Source of the DNA: Acidimicrobiia bacterium
Lineage (GTDB): Bacteria > Actinomycetota > Acidimicrobiia > Spongiisociales > ZC4RG35
DNA length: 64,000 nt
Assembly (NCBI GenBank): GCA_965216905.1
Contig: OZ244213.1
Span: forward strand, 2,380,089-2,444,088
Direction: 5' to 3'
Position 1 is the first letter of the stretch, and each line of letters opens with the position of its first letter. A program made the translations under genes and the position numbers. Of the stretch, positions 57,607-64,000 are shown in pieces. A model generated the notes under the pieces. The model worked only from the letters and a program-made list of their open reading frames with translations. It was not told the origin of the DNA and did no database searches.

Positions 57607-58922
57607 TGCTCCTGACTCGGCAGGAGGCGATCGAGTACCTCGACGCACACATCGGCGACGGACCCCGACCTGGCCTGGAGCGCATCACCGGGCTTCTCGA
57701 CCTGATGGGGAACCCCGAGGGTGCTTACCCGATCATCCACGTGGCCGGGACCAACGGGAAGACGTCGGTGGCGCGAATGGCCACGATGCTGTTGATCGCT
57801 CACGGCATCACGACGGGGACGTTCACCTCGCCACACCTCGAACGCATCGAAGAGCGTTTCTCGCTCAACGGAGTTCCCGCCACACCGGACCAGTTCGTCC
57901 AGGCCACGGTCGATCTCAAGGCGTTCGCGGACATCTACGAGGAACGATCGGGCCACCATCTGACCTACTTCGAACTGACGGCGGCGCTGGCCTTCTCCTG
58001 GTTCGCCGATCAAGCGGTTGGTGCGGCGGTGGTCGAGGTCGGCTTGGGTGGGCGGCTCGACGCGACCAACGCTCTTCACGGCGACGTCGCAGTTCTGACC
58101 GAGGTCGGTCTGGAGCACACCCGCTATCTCGGTGACACCCTCGAGGAGATCGCCGGTGAGAAACTGGCGATCGTCGAGCCCAACGGTGTGCTGGTGACGG
58201 GCCCGCTCCAGCCCGAGGTCGACTCGGTCGCCGTCGCGACGGCGACCAACCGCAAGGCAACCCTCCATCGATATGGACACGACTTCCGCGTGACCGATGC
58301 TCGCAGGAGCGTCGGCGGTTGGCGGGTCGACATCGAAGGTGTGGAAGGGGAGTACGAGGACCTGTTTCTCCCGATACATGGCCGGCATCAGACGCTCAAC
58401 CTCGCCGTGGCGATCGCCGCGACCGAGGCGCTGGTCGGGCGTCCGCTCGATGACGCAGCTGTGGGCGAAGCAGCCCAGATCATGTCATCGCCCGGACGGA
58501 TGGAACCGGTGGGTGCCGATCCGCTGATCCTCCTCGACGGTGCGCACAACCCGGACGGGTTCGCCGCGCTGGGTGCTGCCCTGCGGGAAGAGTTCCCCTC
58601 GATCCGCTGGGTCCTGGTCACCGGTGCGATGAACGACAAGAAGCTTCAAGACATGTACCCGCGCCTCCGAGGTTTGGTGTCCGATGCGATCGCCACCGAA
58701 TCCGATGCGGTGGCGGCGATTCCTGCAACCGGGCTGGCCGAGCGGTTGGCCGAACTGCTCGATATCCCGGTGACGCCGGCCACCTCCGTCGCCGCGGCGG
58801 TCGACGAGGCCAGGGACCGGGCGGGTCCAGATGGTGCCGTCCTGGTGACCGGATCGCTCTACCTGGTCGGAGCGGTGCGCGCGTTGCTGGCGGGCACCCC
58901 GCGGGATCGGAACGAGCGTTGA
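57606..58922 (+). CDS. folC: dihydrofolate synthase / folylpolyglutamate synthase
   Basis: Start overlaps the valS stop (TGATG). P-loop AGTNGKTS. Mur-ligase family. Confidence 0.9.
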   Translation: MLLTRQEAIEYLDAHIGDGPRPGLERITGLLDLMGNPEGAYPIIHVAGTNGKTSVARMATMLLIAHGITTGTFTSPHLERIEERFSLNGVPATPDQFVQATVDLKAFADIYEERSGHHLTYFELTAALAFSWFADQAVGAAVVEVGLGGRLDATNALHGDVAVLTEVGLEHTRYLGDTLEEIAGEKLAIVEPNGVLVTGPLQPEVDSVAVATATNRKATLHRYGHDFRVTDARRSVGGWRVDIEGVEGEYEDLFLPIHGRHQTLNLAVAIAATEALVGRPLDDAAVGEAAQIMSSPGRMEPVGADPLILLDGAHNPDGFAALGAALREEFPSIRWVLVTGAMNDKKLQDMYPRLRGLVSDAIATESDAVAAIPATGLAERLAELLDIPVTPATSVAAAVDEARDRAGPDGAVLVTGSLYLVGAVRALLAGTPRDRNER

Positions 58923-58944
58923 CTCGACGTTCTAAGGTCTCAGC

Positions 58945-59346
58945 ATGAGCACGCAGACCACTTTTGTGATGATCAAGCCGGATGGGGTGGAGCGAGGTCT
59001 GGTTGGCGCCATCCTCCAACGGTTCGAATCGAAGGGTCTCGAGATCGTGGACATCAAGATGGTCCGCGTCGACGAGGATCTGGCCCGTCGGCACTATGCC
59101 GAGCATGTCGAGAAGCCGTTCTTCCCCGACCTGCTGGCGTTCATCACCCGGGGGCCCGTGGTGGCGATCCGTTTGCAGGGCCTCAGTGCCGTCTCGGTCG
59201 CCCGAACGCTGATGGGCCCCACCAACCCCGTCGAGGCGCCGCCGGGCACGATTCGTGGCGACTACGGATTGGTCGTCACCGAGAACCTGGTGCATGGGTC
59301 GGATTCGCCGGAGAGTGCCGAGCGGGAGCTGTCCATTTGGTTCTGA
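58945..59346 (+). CDS. ndk: nucleoside diphosphate kinase
   Basis: FVMIKPDGV, active-site His in NLVHGSDS. Confidence 0.95.
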   Translation: MSTQTTFVMIKPDGVERGLVGAILQRFESKGLEIVDIKMVRVDEDLARRHYAEHVEKPFFPDLLAFITRGPVVAIRLQGLSAVSVARTLMGPTNPVEAPPGTIRGDYGLVVTENLVHGSDSPESAERELSIWF

Positions 59347-59410
59347 GTGGGGCAGGTCGACCGATCGTCGACCCCCCGGCAGACCGGCTCGGCCAGACGG
59401 ATCCGTTGGG

Positions 59411-60037
59411 TCAGGGTAGGAACCGGCGAGCCCGCGACGGGTTGCGAGCCGCCACCGCCCGGCGACGCGCATCGGCGTAGGCGGGGACGAGGTACGGGTA
59501 CGGGTCGATCGCCTCCCCGGCGTGGTGCAGTTCGAAATGGGTGTGGGAGCCAGTCCACTCCGCGTTGCCGGAATCGCCCACCCAGGAGATGAGCTGCCCT
59601 GCATGCACTTCGACGCCCTCCTCTATCCCGGAGGGAAGTGTGTCGGACCACGCTCCCGCGCCGTCGTCGGTCCCGGGTGTGTCGTTGTTCAGATGCAGGT
59701 ACCAGGTCTCGAATCCGCCGGCGTGTTCGATGATCAGCCGGCGTCCGGCCGAGCCTCCCTCGCCGACCGACGTGACGACTCCGTCGGCGGCCGCAAGGAC
59801 CGGAGTCATCTTGGGGGCCATGAGGTCGTTGCCCTGGTGCCGCCGTCCGCCCGACCGGGCGAATCCGAAACTGTCGACGAACTCGGTGACCAACGCGTCC
59901 TGCGGGAATGTCAGCTGCAATGCCGGTGGGAACGGCGGCCCGGCGAATGCCGCAACCGGGCGGAGCGTCGGTGCGAGCGCGGCCGCCAACCCGAGTTTGA
60001 GGATGGCGCGGCGAGAGTAGGTGGATGCGGGGGTCAC
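59411..60037 (-). CDS. Tat-secreted M23-family metallopeptidase
   Basis: GTG start with AGGAGG 7 nt upstream. Twin-arginine signal SRRAILKLGLAAALA. M23 motifs HQGNDL and GSHTHFELH. Confidence 0.75.
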   Translation of the reverse strand: MTPASTYSRRAILKLGLAAALAPTLRPVAAFAGPPFPPALQLTFPQDALVTEFVDSFGFARSGGRRHQGNDLMAPKMTPVLAAADGVVTSVGEGGSAGRRLIIEHAGGFETWYLHLNNDTPGTDDGAGAWSDTLPSGIEEGVEVHAGQLISWVGDSGNAEWTGSHTHFELHHAGEAIDPYPYLVPAYADARRRAVAARNPSRARRFLP

Positions 60038-60327
60038 GGAAGACCTCCTGTGACGTTGGGGAGCCGGCGACGCGTGACAGCGGTCGCCGAATGGGGAAGA
60101 CGTGGACGGTACACGAACCTCGAGCTCGTGCAATTCGTCGCAAAGCGCCCGGCCGAACCGTCTCCCTCGCTCCGGGTCTGCGGTGGAGCCGGCTGCGAGT
60201 CGCCCCGACGGCGGATGCGAGGCTTTGATGCGTCCTCCGCTCCGAGCATCACTCTCCGCGTCGATGAATGGCACAACCGTGGGCGGTCACGTAGAATCCA
60301 GGCTCCGCTGCCGTCCGGGAGTTCCCC

Positions 60328-61359
60328 GTGGCCGAGAGTCTCTTCTCAATCGCAGGCCAGGACATGGCCATCGACTTGGGCACCGCCAACACCTTGGTGT
60401 TCGTGCGCGGTCAAGGGATCGTGCTCAACGAGCCGTCGGTGGTGGCCATCAACGCCCACAACAACCGGGCCCTGGCCGTCGGGATGGAGGCGAAGCGGAT
60501 GATCGGCCGGACCCCGGCCAGCATCCAGGCGATTCGGCCGCTTCGAGACGGCGTGATCGCCGACTTCGACATCACCGAGAAGATGCTCCGGTACTTCATC
60601 CAAAAGGTGCATCGTCGGCGATGGGCGCGGCCCCGGATCGTCGTCTGCGTACCCTCGGGCATCACCCCGGTGGAGCGTCGGGCGGTCGAGGAGGCGGCAT
60701 ATCACGCCGGTGCGCGTCGTGCCTACACGATCGAAGAACCCATGGCGGCCGCCATCGGCTGCGGGCTGCCGATCGCCGAACCCTCCGGGTCGATGGTCGT
60801 CGACATCGGAGGTGGAACCACCGAGGTGGCGGTCATCTCGCTCGGGGGCATCGTCGTTTCCCGTTCCATCCGGGTCGGTGGGGACGAACTCGACGAAGCC
60901 GTCATCGAGTGGGTCAAGAAGGAGTACAACGTGTTGCTCGGAGAGCGGACGGCCGAGCAGCTCAAGATGGCGATCGGCTCGGCATGGCCACGAGCAGACG
61001 AACCCGCCGCCGAGGTGCGCGGTCGCGATCTCGTCACCGGGCTCCCGAAGACCATCCTCTTGTCCAGCCCCGAGATCCGCGAGGCCGTCGATGAGCCCTC
61101 GCAGGCCATCGTCGACGCAGTCAAGTTCACATTGGACAAGACGCCGCCGGAACTGGCGGCCGACATCATGGAACGAGGTATTTGGCTCACGGGCGGCGGT
61201 GCGTTGCTCGCCGGATTGGATCAACGCCTGGCCAACGAGACCGGCATGCCGATCGTGACGGCATCGAAACCGCTCGTCTCGGTGGCGGTCGGATCCGGCA
61301 AATGCCTGGAGGAGTTCGACACACTCCACCACGTCCTGGTGTCCTCGTCTCGTCCCTGA
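60328..61359 (+). CDS. mreB: rod-shape-determining protein MreB
   Basis: Actin-fold motifs DLGTANT and VDIGGGTTE. Confidence 0.9.
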   Translation: MAESLFSIAGQDMAIDLGTANTLVFVRGQGIVLNEPSVVAINAHNNRALAVGMEAKRMIGRTPASIQAIRPLRDGVIADFDITEKMLRYFIQKVHRRRWARPRIVVCVPSGITPVERRAVEEAAYHAGARRAYTIEEPMAAAIGCGLPIAEPSGSMVVDIGGGTTEVAVISLGGIVVSRSIRVGGDELDEAVIEWVKKEYNVLLGERTAEQLKMAIGSAWPRADEPAAEVRGRDLVTGLPKTILLSSPEIREAVDEPSQAIVDAVKFTLDKTPPELAADIMERGIWLTGGGALLAGLDQRLANETGMPIVTASKPLVSVAVGSGKCLEEFDTLHHVLVSSSRP

Positions 61360-61371
61360 TCCTGTTCTCCC

Positions 61372-62349
61372 GTGCGCGAATTCCCCTCTGATCGAAGTTT
61401 GCCTCTGTTCGTCACGCTGCTGGTGCTGGCTTTTCTGATCATGACGTTCGACGTGCGGACCGATGGAGGTGGTGTGCTCGGTTCCTTTCGCTCATGGGCG
61501 AACACGGGGATCGAGCCCGTGGAGCGGCTGGCCTCGTCGGTCGTCACCCCGGTTGCGGATTTCGTCGACGGTCTGGGAGACATCGCCGGTCTGCGCCGAG
61601 AGAACGAAGCGTTGCGGGCGCTGATCGCCGAACGCGAGTCAGAGCTGGCCGCACTCGATGATCAGCTCGAGCGCCTCGATGCGTTGGAGCGCCTGCTCGA
61701 TCTGGAACTCGAAGACTCGGACCTCGCCTCGACACCGGCCAACGTCACGGGGCTCAACGACAGCTTCGATCAGTCCTTCCGGATCGACCGGGGAACCGAC
61801 GACGGAGTGCTTGCGGGGCAACCGGTCGTCGACGAGAACGGGAATCTGGTCGGTCGGATCCTCGATTCATTTCCCAACAGCGCCATCGTCGTGCCCATCA
61901 CCGGTGACATCGAAGGAGTCACGGTGACGGTCGGCGACCAGGACGGGATCCTCCAAGCCGTGATCGGGTCCGACGAGTTGGAACTGGCCGAGATGAGCCT
62001 CGACGTCTTCGAGCAGGCGGAGCGCGTTGCCGCCGGCGACCGGGTCGTCACGTCGGTGTTCTCGGGTGCGTTCCCGCCGGGGATACCGGTCGGGGAGATC
62101 GTCACCGATGCGTCACCGCAGAGTCAGACGCTGTCTGCCCGAGTCCGTCCCTTTTTCGACCTCGGCTCGCTTCGAGCGGTGGTCGTGGTCGTCTGGCCGC
62201 GAGATGCCGCAGCACCGACCCAGGACGACGGTCCTCCGATCGGTGAGACCGGCGACTCGACCACCGACTCCAGCGACGCCTCGGGCGTCGAGGAGCCGGC
62301 CGATTCGGCGAACACCGGCAGCGAGGGGAGCTCGGGGGACGGCGGGTGA
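61372..62349 (+). CDS. mreC: rod-shape-determining protein MreC (with acidic Ser/Gly-rich C-terminal tail)
   Basis: N-terminal TM helix, coiled coil, beta domain. Position after mreB. Confidence 0.85.
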   Translation: MREFPSDRSLPLFVTLLVLAFLIMTFDVRTDGGGVLGSFRSWANTGIEPVERLASSVVTPVADFVDGLGDIAGLRRENEALRALIAERESELAALDDQLERLDALERLLDLELEDSDLASTPANVTGLNDSFDQSFRIDRGTDDGVLAGQPVVDENGNLVGRILDSFPNSAIVVPITGDIEGVTVTVGDQDGILQAVIGSDELELAEMSLDVFEQAERVAAGDRVVTSVFSGAFPPGIPVGEIVTDASPQSQTLSARVRPFFDLGSLRAVVVVVWPRDAAAPTQDDGPPIGETGDSTTDSSDASGVEEPADSANTGSEGSSGDGG

Positions 62350-62846
62350 CCGATCGCTTCGGTGTCGTCACGACGGCTGCCGTGCTCTTTGCCGCAATGG
62401 TCGTCCAGACGACGGTTCTCGGCCGGGTGAACATCGGAGGCATCGCTCCCGACGTCACCATGCTCGTTCTCATCCTGCTGGCCTTACGGGTTCGGCCGGA
62501 AGGACTGCTCGTGGCCGCGTTCTCGACCGGCTTGGTGCTCGATGCGGTCGGCTCCAATCCGCTCGGGCTCCGAGCCTTGGTGCTGACGGTGGTTGCCTTC
62601 GCAGCCACCAGGACGACGGACCGGGCCGATTACTCACCGCTGGCGGTAGCGGTTTGGGCCGGTGTGTTGTCGCTGGCGGGAGTGGTGTTGTTGGTGTTGG
62701 TCGGTAGCCTGGTGTCGCAGCTGTCCCTCGAGATCGGTGAGGCGATCAGACGGATCATGCTCGTGCCATTGTTCAACTTCGGGTTGGCGCTCGCGGCATG
62801 GCCCATCGTGTCTCGGCTGCTCGAACCCGTGCGGAGGCTCGTGTGA
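62346..62846 (+). CDS. mreD: rod-shape-determining protein MreD
   Basis: ATGA overlap with mreC. Small polytopic membrane protein. Confidence 0.75.
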   Translation: MTDRFGVVTTAAVLFAAMVVQTTVLGRVNIGGIAPDVTMLVLILLALRVRPEGLLVAAFSTGLVLDAVGSNPLGLRALVLTVVAFAATRTTDRADYSPLAVAVWAGVLSLAGVVLLVLVGSLVSQLSLEIGEAIRRIMLVPLFNFGLALAAWPIVSRLLEPVRRLV

Positions 62847-64000
62847 AGTTCACGACCAGGCTGGCGGTGCTCTTCGTCATGTTCCTCGGGCTCTTCTCGA
62901 TGCTCGGAGTTCGGCTGTGGTTTCTCCAGATCGCCGAAGGTGCCGAGGCTGCCGAGGCCTCCCTGGCTCAGTCGTGGGTCACGGTCGACACGCCGGCCCC
63001 CCGGGGTGAGATCTATGACCGTAACGGTGTGTTGCTGGCCTCGAGCAAGTTCGTTCCGGCCGTCGTCGTGGACCGGCACCTCGTCAAACCGGAGCAGCGG
63101 GCCGACCTGGTGCAGCGGCTGTCGGCCGTGCTGGCCGCTCCGCCCGATCTGGTCGATGCCATGTACGAGGAGGCCGGGGTCAACGGGCGATTCATCGTGG
63201 CCGAAGTCAAGACGACCCTCGCCTACCAACTCGCCGAGCAGGTTCGCGATCTTCCCGGAGTGCGGATCGCCAAGATTCCACAGCGGGTCTACCTGTCCGC
63301 CGAGTCGATGGCCCACGTGATCGGCCACTTGGGACTGCCCGATGCGGTGGACCTCGAAGAGGATCCGGACCTGGACCCCGACACCCGCATCGGCAAGCTG
63401 GGTGTCGAGCGGGTCTACGACGAGTTCCTCGCAGGGACGCCCGGGCAGGTGTCGTATCGGGTCGAGCGGTCCGAGATCGTCGACCAGCGACCGGAGATCG
63501 ATCCCGTGCCCGGCGACACGGTGTTCTTGACCACCGACAACGAGCTGCAGCTGGTCCTCGAGAACGCCCTCGCCGACGGCATTCGTCTGGCCAACGACGT
63601 CAAGCGCGATTTGCGGCAGAAGGGACTCGGCGACGAGGCAAAGAACGAAGCGGTCCGGGGCGCCGGTGTGGTGCTGGACGCGCAGACCGGTCAGGTTCTG
63701 GCCATGGCATCGGTCCCCAGCTTCAGCCCTTCGCTCTTCGTCGGGCGGCTCGATCCCGTGACCTATCAGGAGCTGGCCGACCGCCAGGCGTTTCTGAACT
63801 TGGCGGTTTCGGGTCTCTACCCCCCCGCATCGACTTTCAAAGCGATCACGTACATGGCCGAGCAGAAGTACAACATCCCCTTTCCTCAGGACATCGAAGG
63901 TGTCGACCCCGCGAGTCGTCTCGTTCACTGCGATGGGCAGCTGCGCCTCCCGGGCCTGGACGACGGCAGCCCCCAGATCTTCAACGACTGGTACGGCGAC
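62843..64000 (+). CDS. mrdA: penicillin-binding protein 2 (elongation-specific transpeptidase), 3'-partial
   Basis: GTGA overlap with mreD. N-terminal TM helix, PBP dimerisation domain, STFK active-site motif near the window end. Absent from the ORF track because no stop occurs within the window. Confidence 0.85.
   Translation, partial: MKFTTRLAVLFVMFLGLFSMLGVRLWFLQIAEGAEAAEASLAQSWVTVDTPAPRGEIYDRNGVLLASSKFVPAVVVDRHLVKPEQRADLVQRLSAVLAAPPDLVDAMYEEAGVNGRFIVAEVKTTLAYQLAEQVRDLPGVRIAKIPQRVYLSAESMAHVIGHLGLPDAVDLEEDPDLDPDTRIGKLGVERVYDEFLAGTPGQVSYRVERSEIVDQRPEIDPVPGDTVFLTTDNELQLVLENALADGIRLANDVKRDLRQKGLGDEAKNEAVRGAGVVLDAQTGQVLAMASVPSFSPSLFVGRLDPVTYQELADRQAFLNLAVSGLYPPASTFKAITYMAEQKYNIPFPQDIEGVDPASRLVHCDGQLRLPGLDDGSPQIFNDWYGD

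Overview
This is a high-GC (about 68-70%) actinobacterial chromosomal segment. Gene content fits a non-Corynebacteriales lineage, possibly Acidimicrobiia-like: mreBCD and PBP2 are present, there is a single clpP, and SLH-like and LPxTG-type surface proteins occur. Most of the window is conserved housekeeping backbone. From the 5' end there is a cell-envelope glycosylation cluster: a GT2-membrane fusion, a membrane-anchored protein, a thioredoxin-like protein, DUF3499, two small Cys-rich proteins, a roughly 900-aa polytopic membrane protein, a GT2, manB and a Trm112-like micro-ORF. Next come the amine-oxidase/DUF1365/Cfa trio, comF-hpf-LuxR response regulator, a MacB-type ABC exporter with a GNAT, secA, prfB (with its programmed +1 frameshift site visible), ftsE-ftsX-M23 peptidase, smpB and the tmRNA gene ssrA. 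Directly downstream of ssrA is an accessory-looking stretch of about 13 kb. It holds a frameshifted class-III aminotransferase translationally coupled to an unusual flavoprotein-FNR fusion, a divergent large LuxR-ATPase regulator, an MBL hydrolase, an OFA-family MFS transporter, an AbiEii-like nucleotidyltransferase paired with an XRE-HTH protein behind an AT-rich perfect palindrome, a tiny signal-peptide ORF, a secreted protein with three SLH-like repeats, and a Cas4-like PD-(D/E)xK nuclease. The rest is backbone again: a two-component system, acyl-CoA dehydrogenase, pdxH, rph-rdgB, a six-tRNA cluster, tig-clpP-clpX, two paralogous Thr-rich LPFTG surface proteins, valS-folC-ndk, a Tat-secreted M23 peptidase, mreBCD and the start of PBP2. 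Many long minus-strand ORFs in the track are GC-driven antisense artefacts and were not called. Start coordinates of CDSs derive from the ORF track plus inspection and may be off by one alternative start. Coordinates for tRNAs, the tmRNA and small motifs were read from the sequence lines and may be off by a base or two.
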